From: Candidatus Cloacimonadota bacterium
GTDB lineage: Bacteria; Cloacimonadota; Cloacimonadia; G963667145
Assembly (NCBI GenBank): GCA_963676615.1
Contig: OY781092.1
Span: 864,001 to 928,000, forward strand
DNA length: 64,000 bases
Direction of reading: 5' to 3'
Position numbers and translations under genes: made by a program. The notes beneath the pieces were generated by a model. The model was given only the letters and a program-made list of their open reading frames with translations, was not told where the DNA came from and searched no databases. Positions 21,647 through 31,639 of the stretch are shown in pieces (within the stretch, counting starts at the first letter, position 1; each line of letters opens with the position of its first letter).

Positions 21647-21704
21647 TTTTCGCCAAAATCTTCTCCGCACAATAATTGTCAATCTATTTCTTTGATTGCC
21701 AAAA

Positions 21705-21733
21705 AAAAAGCTTCTCGAAATGAGAAGCTTTTT
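21705..21733 (-). terminator. Intrinsic terminator after nifJ
   Basis: AAAAAGCTTCTC-gaaat-GAGAAGCTTTTT perfect inverted repeat with a T run on the minus strand. Confidence 0.85.
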
Positions 21734-21747
21734 GATTAAATGCTAAA

Positions 21748-24700
21748 TTATTCAGACATTTTTTTGTAATGCGCATAGCGATTATCAACATACTCTTGAG
21801 CTTTCGCCCAGTATCTCTCGGCTTTTTCCTTGTCCATCGCCATCAAAGATGTATATCTCTTCTCGTTTTGCAAGAACTCTCTCACATCTTTCACAGGAGG
21901 TCTGCTCTCGAAGATGAAAGGATTTTTTCCCTCGGCAGCCAACTCTGGATTGAAGCGATAAAGCGGCCAGTAGCCAGTATCCACAGCCAATTTTTCCTCG
22001 TCTTGAGCTTTGCTCATATCGATTCCGTGGTTGATACAAGGCGCATAAACAAACACAATCGACGGTCCGTCATAGCTCTCCGCCTCGCGCATCGCCTTAA
22101 TCAGCTGATTGCGATCCGCGCCCATCGCGCAAGACGCCACATAAACATAGCCGTAGCTCATCATCATCAGCCCCATATCTTTTTTGGTCAACGGTTTACC
22201 AGCCTCGGCAAATTTGGCAATCGCACCAATCGGTGTCGCCTTTGACGCTTGTCCACCAGTGTTAGAATAAACCTCGGTATCCATCACCAAAATGTTGATG
22301 TTTTTACCTGTAGCAAGAGCTTGATCAACACCGCCAAAACCGATGTCGTAAGCCCAACCGTCGCCGCCAAAAGCCCAAACCGACTTGTCCACGAAATAGT
22401 TTTGCAACTCAATCACACGGCTCAAGCTCTCGTCTTTGCTCTCCGCTGGCAAAAGCTCTCTGATGCGAATAGCTCTAGCCACAGCTTTCTCGTCTTTGGC
22501 ATCAAAATTGTCCAGCGCCTCTTGCAAAAGCGACGCAAGCTCTCCACTGCAACCTTTCACAGCCTGCGCGCAAGCAGACTTGAGGTGCGAGCGATTAGCA
22601 TCCACAGCCAATCTAAAGCCCAAACCGTATTCGGCGTTATCCTCGAACAAAGAGTTCGCCCAAGCAGGACCGTGTCCGTCTTGATTTTTGCAATAAGGAA
22701 TTGATGGGAAAGTTCCGCCCCAAATCGACGAGCAACCAGTAGCGTTCGCCACCAACATTCTGCCACCAAAAAGTTGAGTAAGCAGCTTTACATAAGGGGT
22801 CTCGCCGCAACCAGCGCAAGCGCCCGAAAATTCCAAAAGCGGTTGTTTGAACTGCGAGCCTTTGATCGTCGTGGCTGGCACAACATCGCCGCAAATGTCC
22901 TCTGGTTTGCTTTGGAAATACAGCAAATTCTCGCGTTGCTCAAGCTCTTGCTCGACTGGCTTGAACTTCAAAGCGTCTTTCGGACAAGCGTTGAGGCAAA
23001 CTCCGCAACCAAGACAGTCGTCCACATAAACCTGCATTCTGTATTCGTATTTCTCGCCGTCTTTACCCATTGCTGGAATCGTCTTAAAACCAGCAGGTTT
23101 GTCGGCTAGATCGTCTTTGGCAATCAACTTTGGACGGATGGCTGCGTGCGGACACACAAGCGAACAGGCGTTACATTGGATACAATCCTCGGCAATCCAG
23201 CTCGGCACAGCAGCTGCCACGCCGCGTTTCTCCAAAGCCGCCGTGCCTGTGCACATACTGCCATCAAGCGGCATTTTTGACACAGGAATATCGTCGCCTT
23301 TTTCGTGCATAATCGGCTGAATAACGCTTTTGGTAAAGTCGTCTGCGTCGGCAGGCACGAGTTTTTTCGGCTCTACCCAGCTTTCGGCTTTGCTCGGCAC
23401 ACTCACTTGCACCAGCGCCTTGCTCGCCTCATCAACAGCCTTCCAGTTCATATCCACAACCGACTGACCCTTTTTCTTGAGGTAAGTTTTTTTGATCGAC
23501 TCCTTAATCAAAGCGATAGCCTCGTCTTTTGGCAAAATCTCCGAAATCGCAAAAAACGCAGCCTGCATCACGGTGTTGATCCGACCGCCCAAACCGCAAG
23601 CTCTGGCGATTTTAAGCGCGTCGATGTTATAAAAACGGATATTTTTGGAAATAATCGTCTCTTGCATATCTTTGGTCAATTTTGAAAAAACTTCGTCGCC
23701 AGAATAGTGCGAGTTCAGAAGGAAAATTCCGCCATCTTTGATGCCTTCCAAAAGGTCGTAACGCCCGATGTAAGCAGGATTGTGGCAAGCGATGAAGTCT
23801 GCGTTGACAATCAAATATTCCGAGAAAATCGGCTTTTTGCCAAATCGCAAGTGGCTTCTGGTCACGCCGCCAGATTTTTTCGAGTCGTATTGGAAATAAC
23901 CTTGCGCATACATATCGGTATTGTCGCCAATGATTTTGATCGAGTTTTTGTTTGCGCCCACAGTTCCGTCGGCACCAAGTCCCCAAAATTTACAGCTGAC
24001 TGTCCCTTCTGGCAAAGTGTTGATGTGATGTTTAACTTCGATAGAAGTGCCGCTAAGGTCATCGTTAATTCCCACTGTAAAGCCGTGTTTCAAGCCGTTT
24101 CCAGCCAAATCGAAAATCGCTTTTACCATCGAAGGCGTAAACTCTTTCGAAGACAGCCCGTAGCGACCGCCAACGATTTTCACATCTTCGCCAGCGAGTG
24201 CGGCAACCACATCCATAAAAAGCGGCTCGCCAATCGAACCTGGCTCTTTCGTCCTGTCCAACACAACAATCTCTTTGGCAGATTTTGGCAAAGCCTCTTT
24301 CAGGTGCTTAACCGAGAACGGACGATAAAGACGCACAATCACCAAACCGACTTTTTCGCCTTGGCTGTTCAAAAAGTTAACCGTCTCCTCGACTGTAGAA
24401 GCGCCAGAGCCCATACATACCACGATTTTGGTCGCATCCGCAGCGCCCACATAGTCGAACAATTTATAGCTTCTGCCGGTGACTTTCGCCACTTTTTCCA
24501 TATATTCCAAAACGATTTCTGGCAAAGCCTCGTAATGCTTGTTCGAGCTCTCTCTGCCTTGGAAATAGACATCGGGATTTTGTGCCGCAACTTTCACCAT
24601 CGGTTTTTGCGGGTTAAGCGCAAGATCACGGAAAGCTTTGACATATTTCATCTCCAAAAGTCCCTTTAGCTCGTCGTAGTCCAAAACATCGATTTTGGAA

Positions 24701-25236
24701 ATTTCGTGCGAGTTGCGGAAGCCATCGAAGAAGTTCAAAAATGGAATGCGTGATTTGAGTGTCGCCAAATGCGAAACTGCCGCCAAATCCATAATCTCTT
24801 GCCCGTTTGAAGCCGCCATCAAAGCAAAACCCGTGTTGCGTGCGCACATTACATCCGAATGGTCGCCAAAAATCGACAAAGATTGACAGGCAAGGGAACG
24901 AGCCGAAACATGGAAAACTGTTGGAAGCATCTCGCCTGCAATTTTGTGCATATTCGGCAACATCAACAAAAGCCCTTGCGAGGCTGTGAAAGTGGTGGTT
25001 AGAGCTCCAGCCGACAAAGCGCCATGCACGGCTCCAGCGGCTCCAGCCTCCGATTGCATTTCGGTAACATCCAGCACTTGACCGAACACATTTTTGCGAC
25101 CTTGGGAAGCCCAAAGATCGGCATATTGCCCCATATCTGACGAGGGAGTAATAGGATATATAGACGCTACATCCGAAAAGGCGTAAGCCACATGGGCTGC
25201 CGCCATATTCCCATCCATCGTTAATTTTTTAGACAT
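21748..25236 (-). CDS. nifJ: Pyruvate:ferredoxin (flavodoxin) oxidoreductase
   Basis: YPITPSS, MQSEAGAAG, two CxxCxxCxxxCP ferredoxin motifs, GACAGCGE, GGDGWAYDIG. Start moved to ATG 25236 (GGAGG RBS). Confidence 0.98.
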   Translation of the reverse strand: MSKKLTMDGNMAAAHVAYAFSDVASIYPITPSSDMGQYADLWASQGRKNVFGQVLDVTEMQSEAGAAGAVHGALSAGALTTTFTASQGLLLMLPNMHKIAGEMLPTVFHVSARSLACQSLSIFGDHSDVMCARNTGFALMAASNGQEIMDLAAVSHLATLKSRIPFLNFFDGFRNSHEISKIDVLDYDELKGLLEMKYVKAFRDLALNPQKPMVKVAAQNPDVYFQGRESSNKHYEALPEIVLEYMEKVAKVTGRSYKLFDYVGAADATKIVVCMGSGASTVEETVNFLNSQGEKVGLVIVRLYRPFSVKHLKEALPKSAKEIVVLDRTKEPGSIGEPLFMDVVAALAGEDVKIVGGRYGLSSKEFTPSMVKAIFDLAGNGLKHGFTVGINDDLSGTSIEVKHHINTLPEGTVSCKFWGLGADGTVGANKNSIKIIGDNTDMYAQGYFQYDSKKSGGVTRSHLRFGKKPIFSEYLIVNADFIACHNPAYIGRYDLLEGIKDGGIFLLNSHYSGDEVFSKLTKDMQETIISKNIRFYNIDALKIARACGLGGRINTVMQAAFFAISEILPKDEAIALIKESIKKTYLKKKGQSVVDMNWKAVDEASKALVQVSVPSKAESWVEPKKLVPADADDFTKSVIQPIMHEKGDDIPVSKMPLDGSMCTGTAALEKRGVAAAVPSWIAEDCIQCNACSLVCPHAAIRPKLIAKDDLADKPAGFKTIPAMGKDGEKYEYRMQVYVDDCLGCGVCLNACPKDALKFKPVEQELEQRENLLYFQSKPEDICGDVVPATTIKGSQFKQPLLEFSGACAGCGETPYVKLLTQLFGGRMLVANATGCSSIWGGTFPSIPYCKNQDGHGPAWANSLFEDNAEYGLGFRLAVDANRSHLKSACAQAVKGCSGELASLLQEALDNFDAKDEKAVARAIRIRELLPAESKDESLSRVIELQNYFVDKSVWAFGGDGWAYDIGFGGVDQALATGKNINILVMDTEVYSNTGGQASKATPIGAIAKFAEAGKPLTKKDMGLMMMSYGYVYVASCAMGADRNQLIKAMREAESYDGPSIVFVYAPCINHGIDMSKAQDEEKLAVDTGYWPLYRFNPELAAEGKNPFIFESRPPVKDVREFLQNEKRYTSLMAMDKEKAERYWAKAQEYVDNRYAHYKKMSE

Positions 25237-25355
25237 TTTTCCTCCTGTCCATAAGGTTCTTTTCTCATCTGTCAATCTTTGAAAAGTTGGTTTAGGTGTC
25301 AACCGAAAAATCGAGAGGGCTAGGGCGCACCTTGCTCGCTTACCCTTATTCTCGT

Positions 25356-25405
25356 CTGACACCAAAATATGGGCTTCTCATTTGTTGCTTTTATTTTGGT
25401 GTCAG
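25356..25405. repeat. 14-bp perfect inverted repeat directly after livF; left arm recurs at 30227-30246
   Basis: CTGACACCAAAATA (25356-25369) and TATTTTGGTGTCAG (25392-25405). Confidence 0.8.
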
Positions 25406-25406
25406 G

Positions 25407-26123
25407 CTAAATTGCGTCTTTCCCCAAATAAGCTTTTTTCACATCTTCGTTATTTGCCAACTCTTTACCAGCTCCTTCCATCGTCACTCTCCCTGTCTCC
25501 AAAACAAAAGCGTAATCTGAAATATTCAAGGCAGCTTTAGCGTTTTGCTCAATCAACAACACCGTTACTCCATCAGAGTTAATCCGCTTAATAACTTCCA
25601 AAATATCTTTTACAACTAGCGGTGCAAGCCCAAGACTCGGCTCATCCATCATCACCAAGCGAGGCTTCGCCATCAAGGCTCTGCCCACAGCAAGCATTTG
25701 CTGCTCTCCACCAGACAAAGTCCCAGCTTCCTGCCATTGCCTTTCCGACAGACGAGGAAAAACTTCAAAAACATGCTTCAAAAGCCCCTTTATCTCTTGT
25801 TTATCCTTGATGTTATACGCGCCCATTATCAAATTTTCTTTGACCGACAAATTCGCAAACACTCGTCGTCCCTCTGGCACAAGAACAATCCCAGACTTCA
25901 CAATCTTCTCTACGCCTTTACCTAAAATCTCTTGCCCTTCATAAATAACGCTGCCGCCTGTAGCTTTTTCCAAACCCACAATTGTGCGCAAAGTCGTCGA
26001 TTTGCCAGCGCCGTTTGCACCGATCAAAGAGATAATCTTGCCCTTTGGCACCTCAAAACTAATCTTGTCTATCGCCGTAATTCCGCCAAAATTCACATGC
26101 AAATCTTTAATTTTCAACATCAA
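25407..26123 (-). CDS. livF: Branched-chain amino acid ABC transporter ATPase
   Basis: GANGAGKST, LVPEGRRVF, LSGGEQQM, DEPSLGLAP. Confidence 0.95.
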   Translation of the reverse strand: MMLKIKDLHVNFGGITAIDKISFEVPKGKIISLIGANGAGKSTTLRTIVGLEKATGGSVIYEGQEILGKGVEKIVKSGIVLVPEGRRVFANLSVKENLIMGAYNIKDKQEIKGLLKHVFEVFPRLSERQWQEAGTLSGGEQQMLAVGRALMAKPRLVMMDEPSLGLAPLVVKDILEVIKRINSDGVTVLLIEQNAKAALNISDYAFVLETGRVTMEGAGKELANNEDVKKAYLGKDAI

Positions 26124-26881
26124 TCTACCCCCAAATAAGCTTCTATCACCTTAGGATTTTGCTGAATTTCTTTGGGCAATCCACTGGCGATAGTCTTGCC
26201 ATAATCCAGCACATACACTCTATCACAAACGCCCATAACCAGTTGCATATGGTGCTCTATCAAAAAAATCGTTATCCCAAATTTGTCGCGAATCTGATAA
26301 ATAAAATTCATCAAATCTTCCGACTCTTGAGGGTTCATCCCTGCGGCTGGCTCGTCCAAAAGTAGCACTTTCGGCTCTGTTGCCAAAGCCCTTGCAATCT
26401 CAAGCCGCCTTTGCTTTCCATAGGGCAAACTGCTCGCCTTATAATCCGCAAAATCTTCCAGTCCAACCTCTTTCAACATCGCCATAGCTTTTTCGACCAT
26501 CTTCCTCTCTTGCTCTTTATAATTTTTAGTCCGCAAAATAGAAAAAAGAATATTAGATTTTAGGTGCATCTGCTGGGCGATAAAAACATTTTCCAAAACG
26601 CTCATATCCGCAAAAAGGCGAATATTTTGGAAAGTTCTGACTATGCCCATTTTGGCAATCTTTTCGATTTTTTCGCCGCTGATTCGCTCGCCGTCCAAAA
26701 AAACTTCACCCTCACTGGGATTATAAACGCCCGTTATCATATTGAAAATAGTGGTTTTACCTGCTCCATTTGGACCTATCAAGCCCACAATTTCACCCTT
26801 CTCCAGCTCCATATTGTAGGAGCTTACCGCCGTAAGTCCACCAAATCTTATCGTTAAATCTTTACAACTCAATACACTCAT
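26120..26881 (-). CDS. livG: Branched-chain amino acid ABC transporter ATPase
   Basis: GPNGAGKTT, RTFQNIRLF, LPYGKQRRLEIARALA, DEPAAGMN, VIEAYLG. Confidence 0.95.
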   Translation of the reverse strand: MSVLSCKDLTIRFGGLTAVSSYNMELEKGEIVGLIGPNGAGKTTIFNMITGVYNPSEGEVFLDGERISGEKIEKIAKMGIVRTFQNIRLFADMSVLENVFIAQQMHLKSNILFSILRTKNYKEQERKMVEKAMAMLKEVGLEDFADYKASSLPYGKQRRLEIARALATEPKVLLLDEPAAGMNPQESEDLMNFIYQIRDKFGITIFLIEHHMQLVMGVCDRVYVLDYGKTIASGLPKEIQQNPKVIEAYLGVD

Positions 26882-27923
26882 TGGCTCTTCCTTCTGAACT
26901 TATCTTTAAGCGACCAGATCATCTCCCAAGAAAGTTCGTTTCTTCCCATAATGCCTCTACGATAAAACAAAATAATAAAAAGCAAAATAGCCGAAAAGAC
27001 GACCATTCTCGTGCCTGGCACACCTGGAATTGTGAAAAACCCCAAATTTACAGGAGCGTCCAAAAATCTAAGACCTTCCAGAGCGATTACAAAAATAATG
27101 CTACCGATCACGCTGCCAGAGATGCTACCCAATCCTCCGAGGACGACCACCAAAACGATGTTAAATGTGAGAATAAAGCGGAACATTAGCGGATCGATTG
27201 TCCCGATCAGGTGTGCCAGCAGCCCGCCTCCAATTCCTGTGAAAAAAGCAGAAATAACAAAAGCGAGCAATTTGTAATTCATTGCGCTGATGCCGACAGC
27301 TTTTGCCGCTATCTCGTTCTCCCTTATCGCTTTAAAAGACTTGCCATAGCTTCCTTTTATTAGCAGCCCAATGACAATCACCGTTATCACTGCCCAGCCC
27401 CAGCTCCAATAAACATTGGTGTAAGACGGTAAACCCTTTAGCCCCAGCGGTCCATTAGTGATAGACTGCAAATTTGTGAAAACGACTCGCACTATCTCGC
27501 CAAACCCGAGTGTGGCTATCGCCAGATAATCGTCGGTCAACTTTAGTACGGGAAAACCGATCAACAAAGCAGTAAAAGCAGCAAGCAAACCCCCTATCAA
27601 AAGAGCCACCACAAAAGGCAACTGCACGCTCGCCAAAATCGGCGTGATTGGCGTCAAAAAGAAGTTCATCTCTTTCATCTGCGGAGACATCGTAAGCAAG
27701 GCGCTAGCGTAAGCGCCAATAGCCATAAAGCCAGCTGAGCCTAGCGATAACATCCCAATATATCCATTGATCAAATTCAAGCTAACAGCCAAAACGATAT
27801 AAATTGCACAAAGGTTAATAATTCTCATCTGATAAGAGCCGAAAATAGTTTGCCCAAAAATCAAAACAGAACTCCAACTATCACGCAAGCAATATTCAAT
27901 CTAAGTTTTATTTTCTTGTTCAT
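26878..27923 (-). CDS. livM: Branched-chain amino acid ABC permease with an apparent 1-nt frameshift near the 5' end
   Basis: YLAIATLGFGEI, AIRENEIAA, VVLGGLGSI motifs. The ATG at 27923 (4 nt after the livH stop) reads MNKKIKLRLNIACVIVGVLF then stop; one extra T in the T4 run at 27863-27866 joins it to the main frame. Confidence 0.85.
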
Positions 27924-27927
27924 CTTT

Positions 27928-28815
27928 CTACACCTTCTCGATAGAGTTGGAACCAAAAATCCCAGTCGGTTTTACGAGCAAAATCGTTATCAAAAGGACA
28001 AACGCGAAGGCGTCTCTAAATCCTGACAAAGAAGGCGACAAAGCAACTATGGCGATCTCACCACAGCCGATTATCAAGCCGCCAACCACCGCTCCTTTTA
28101 TCTTGCCAATTCCGCCAACAACAGCAGCAATAAAACATTTCAACCCGGGAATCAACCCCATCACTGGCATAAGCTGAGGATAGCGCATACTCCACATAAT
28201 GCCGCCAACAGCCGCAAGACCAGAGCCGATCGCAAAGGTAATCGAGATAACCTTGTCAACGCTAACCCCCATCAAGCTGGTCGCCTCTATATCCAAACTA
28301 GATGCTCGCATCGCCATACCGACTTTTGTTTTGTAGATAATATGCATCAACACCAACAAAGCCACAATCGTAACTATCGGAATATACGCCGAAACCGCCA
28401 CAAACTGCACCGAGCCGAGCTTGACAATCTTTCCAAACATTGCCGGGACAACGAAAGCTTTTGGTCTGCCGCCAAACACTACAACACCAAGATTTTGAAT
28501 AAAAAACGACACTCCAATAGCGGAAATCATCACCGAAACCCTCGGATAACCCCGCAAAGGCTTGTAGGCTATTTTTTCAACCAAAATACCCGTGAGAGTG
28601 GTAAGCGCGATAGCCAGCAAAAAACTAAGCCACCAAGGAAGATAAAAAACACCCAAAAGATAATAAGCAAAATAAGCGCTAATCATAAAAATCTCGCCAT
28701 GAGCAAAGTTAATCAATCTGATAATGCCATAAACCATCGTGTAGCCAATCGCAATAAGCGCATACAAACTCCCCAAAGATATAGCGTTAATCAAATTCTG
28801 AAAAAAAACATCCAA
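27928..28815 (-). CDS. livH: Branched-chain amino acid ABC permease
   Basis: GSLYALIAIGYTMVYGIIRLINFAHGE, AAVVGGIG, KPTGIFG. Confidence 0.95.
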   Translation of the reverse strand: MDVFFQNLINAISLGSLYALIAIGYTMVYGIIRLINFAHGEIFMISAYFAYYLLGVFYLPWWLSFLLAIALTTLTGILVEKIAYKPLRGYPRVSVMISAIGVSFFIQNLGVVVFGGRPKAFVVPAMFGKIVKLGSVQFVAVSAYIPIVTIVALLVLMHIIYKTKVGMAMRASSLDIEATSLMGVSVDKVISITFAIGSGLAAVGGIMWSMRYPQLMPVMGLIPGLKCFIAAVVGGIGKIKGAVVGGLIIGCGEIAIVALSPSLSGFRDAFAFVLLITILLVKPTGIFGSNSIEKV

Positions 28816-28881
28816 TTTTCTCTCCTCCTAAAAATCTACAGCAACCAAATTCGTAAATTAAAAATCAAGTTGCCAAAAAAA

Positions 28882-28931
28882 ACTCTTCAACCTAAGACAA
28901 GACAATCAAAAAGTTGCTCAGGTTGAAGAGT
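28882..28931 (-). terminator. Stem-loop/terminator after the liv binding-protein gene
   Basis: ACTCTTCAACCT...AGGTTGAAGAGT 12-bp inverted repeat, followed by a T run on the minus strand. Confidence 0.7.
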
Positions 28932-28953
28932 CGCAATCTCATTCTCCAGCAAA

Positions 28954-30102
28954 CTACTTCGCCTCTACTGTTGTAAGATAAGTGAACTTACCATTTTTTA
29001 TTTTTTTAATAATCGCAGGCTTAATCGCATCTCCGTTTTCGTCCAAAGTAACCACACCAGCGGCTCCTTCGAAATTTTTCGTGTTAGCCAAAGCCTCTCT
29101 AATCTTGGCTGGATCAGCACTGCCTATCGCTTTGATGGTGTTGTAAATCAAAAGGTAAGCGTCAAAACCAAGAGCAGTAACCGCAGCAGGCTCTTTTTCA
29201 AATTTTTGTCGATACTCTTTCAAAAAAACTTCTGAAGTTTTGGTAATAGGAGTCTCAGAAGTGAAAAAAGTGGATAACACCGCGCCTTCTGCGCCGTCTC
29301 CTGCAATCTCCACAACCTCAGGAGTCTCCCAAGTGTCTCCGCCAATCATCGGAATATCCAGCCCGATTTCTTTGAGCTGTTTCATTATCAAAGCAGATTC
29401 GGTATAGTTCCCTGGAGCAAAAATAGCGTCGATTTTTTTGCCTTTCAGCGATGTCAATTGTGAGGTAAAATCTTGATCCCCAGTATTATAGTCCAACACA
29501 GTAACGATAGCATCTTTGTCGCCAGTGAGCCTTTTAAAGTCATCAGCAAAATATTTCGCAAGAGCCACAGAATAGTCGTTGGAAATCTCCCGCACGATAG
29601 CCACCTTTTTCGCATTCAAATTTGAATAAGCGTAATTTGCCATTACAGATCCTTGAAATGGGTCGATAAAGCAAACTCTGAAGTAATAATCGTTACCCCT
29701 TGTCACCAAAGGATTAGTGCAGGAAATGCCGATAGCAGGCACTTTCGCCTTTGCAACAATAGGTCCTGCTGCCATAGAAAAAGACGACCCCCAGCTACCC
29801 AAAATCGCCGAAACTTTCTCTTTATCTGTCAAACGCACAGCCGCATTTGCCGCTTCAACCTTGTCCGATTTGTTATCAACCACGACCAGTTCAATCTTTT
29901 TGCCCAAAACTTCTGGAAACATCTCGTGAGCAAGCTCAATACCTTCAAGCTCCAACTCTCCACCAGCAGCGTTCGCTCCAGTCAGCGGCTCAAGCACCCC
30001 AATTTTTATCACATTCGAGTCAACCTTGTCGTCCTTACAACCCCAAATAGAAAAAAGAAAAATAGCAATTACCGCTATTCTTCCTATCCGTATTCTCTTC
30101 AT
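28954..30102 (-). CDS. Branched-chain amino acid ABC transporter substrate-binding lipoprotein (LivK/LivJ family)
   Basis: Lipobox IWGC, IKIGVLEPLTG, YFRVCFIDPFQG, DQDFTSQL. Start moved to ATG 30102 (AAGGAGG RBS). Confidence 0.93.
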   Translation of the reverse strand: MKRIRIGRIAVIAIFLFSIWGCKDDKVDSNVIKIGVLEPLTGANAAGGELELEGIELAHEMFPEVLGKKIELVVVDNKSDKVEAANAAVRLTDKEKVSAILGSWGSSFSMAAGPIVAKAKVPAIGISCTNPLVTRGNDYYFRVCFIDPFQGSVMANYAYSNLNAKKVAIVREISNDYSVALAKYFADDFKRLTGDKDAIVTVLDYNTGDQDFTSQLTSLKGKKIDAIFAPGNYTESALIMKQLKEIGLDIPMIGGDTWETPEVVEIAGDGAEGAVLSTFFTSETPITKTSEVFLKEYRQKFEKEPAAVTALGFDAYLLIYNTIKAIGSADPAKIREALANTKNFEGAAGVVTLDENGDAIKPAIIKKIKNGKFTYLTTVEAK

Positions 30103-30272
30103 CTTCGCCCTCCTTTTTAAAATAATCAATTATAAAACATATTTTTACAAAAAAAAATTATAGTCAAGTTATTTTTTTCGGCTTAATCGTTTTAGCTAGA
30201 ACCAAGCAAATAATGAGGCTCCTGTTTGACACCAAAATAGGGGCTTTTTGTTTTTGCACGAAAAATGGCGAC

Positions 30273-30300
30273 TGGATTCCTGCCTGCGCAGGAATGAGGG
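30273..30300. repeat. REP/dRS3-like palindromic unit (left copy)
   Basis: TGG-ATTCCTGC-ctgc-GCAGGAAT-GAGGG, an 8-bp hairpin. Confidence 0.7.
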
Positions 30301-30323
30301 GGCTGTAGCGTTGTGGTGTTTTC

Positions 30324-31639
30324 GGCACTGTCCAAAAAAGTGTGTCTGCAGCAAAAAAAACTAGACACAAAAAAAGAATCTCCAATTTTTATAAAAAAAA
30401 GAACAAAAAAGGAGATTCTTATGCGATTTAACGCAAGTCAACTACAAAAAATTTTAGACGAAAATGTCAATGATTATGGCGCGAATAAATTGATCGAGTT
30501 CGTTTTTAACAGCCTTATGAAGCTGGAAAGACAGGCTTTTATGGCGGAAAACAAAAGCTCAAACAACAAAGGCAACGGCTATCGCAGCAGGTGTTTTTCA
30601 TCTCTCAGCGGCAAAATTCAATTCAAAATTCCGCGCGACAGATTCGGTCAATTTTATCCATTTATCTTGGAAATTTTGAAAAAGCAGGAGCAAGAAATAC
30701 GAGAATTGGCGTTTCAGCTGTATGCTAAAGGCTTGTCTACCAGAGACATAGAGAATGTTTTCGCAAATGTTTTTGGCACGAATTACAAAAAATCGACCAT
30801 CAGCAATATCAGCCAAGAATTCAAAGAATTGTTGACAAATTGGCGAAATAGGCCGCTAGAAAAAAACTATCCGATTATTATGATCGACGCCATACACTCC
30901 AAATTGAGGCGGCTCGACAGCGTTGAAACGGAGGCTTTTTGCGTGGTTGTCGGCGTCCGAGAGGACAAAAGCAGAGACATTTTGGCGCTCGAAAATATCC
31001 CGACCGAGAGCGCTGCTGGCTGGGAATTCTTGTTTAATCGCCTAAAGTCGCGAGGCTTGCAAACGACAAAATTGGTCGTGGCTGACGGTCTTGCTGGGCT
31101 GGAAAATGTTGTGAGCAAAGTTTTTGAAAATGCGAAATTTCAAAAGTGCGTAACTCACTTTAAAAGGAGTCTGTTAGCTAAGGTCAGGAATAGTGATAAA
31201 AGCGAAATTAGCGACGATTTGAAGGAAATTTTTTGCGTCGAACAAGAACGCTATACGAAAGAAATTGCTTTAAAAAATCTGGATAATTTTGCAAAAAAAT
31301 GGGGCGATAAGTATCGATTTATCAGGAACTTATCAAATAGAGAAGATGTCGTTTATTATTTCACTTTTTTGGAGTTTGACCACAGAATTCAGCGGCTGAT
31401 TTACACCACAAATTGGATCGAAAATTTGAATAAACAGTTTCGGAAAGTTTTGAAAATCAGGAACTCGATGCCCAGCGATGAGTCTGTGCTACTGCTGCTG
31501 AGCAAGGTCGCGATGGACAAGGTCGATAAATATCTGAATTATCCGATTTATCAATTTAAATTTGACAAAATTTTGTTCCCAGAAAGTTAAGAAAATGGAA
31601 ACCAAATTGGAGATTAGACACACTTTTTTGGACGGTGCC
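30324..31639 (+). mobile_element. IS256-family insertion sequence, 1316 bp
   Basis: TIRs GGCACTGTCCAAAAAAGTGTGTCT (30324-30347) and AGACACACTTTTTTGGACGGTGCC (31616-31639), 23/24 identical; 8-bp TSD GTGTTTTC at 30316-30323 and 31640-31647. Confidence 0.96.
30421..31590 (+). CDS. IS256-family (Mutator-like) DDE transposase
   Basis: NGYR, IPRDR, GLSTRDI, MIDA, VADG, QKCVTH, YTTNWIENLN. Start moved to ATG 30421 (AAGGAG RBS, inside the TIRs). Confidence 0.96.
   Translation: MRFNASQLQKILDENVNDYGANKLIEFVFNSLMKLERQAFMAENKSSNNKGNGYRSRCFSSLSGKIQFKIPRDRFGQFYPFILEILKKQEQEIRELAFQLYAKGLSTRDIENVFANVFGTNYKKSTISNISQEFKELLTNWRNRPLEKNYPIIMIDAIHSKLRRLDSVETEAFCVVVGVREDKSRDILALENIPTESAAGWEFLFNRLKSRGLQTTKLVVADGLAGLENVVSKVFENAKFQKCVTHFKRSLLAKVRNSDKSEISDDLKEIFCVEQERYTKEIALKNLDNFAKKWGDKYRFIRNLSNREDVVYYFTFLEFDHRIQRLIYTTNWIENLNKQFRKVLKIRNSMPSDESVLLLLSKVAMDKVDKYLNYPIYQFKFDKILFPES

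Noticed and set aside
25237..25365. N-terminal extensions in the ORF track (nifJ to 25365, grpE to 21636, transposase from 30313, kinase to 54051)
   Set aside because: Downstream ATGs match the family N-termini and mostly have clear RBSs; the extensions run through promoters, CIRCE, the IS end or secA.
30103..30323. Leu/Ile/Val leader peptide upstream of the liv operon (including the 73-aa ORF 30164-30385)
   Set aside because: That ORF starts inside the IS end and runs through the REP unit; there is no BCAA codon cluster with a terminator.
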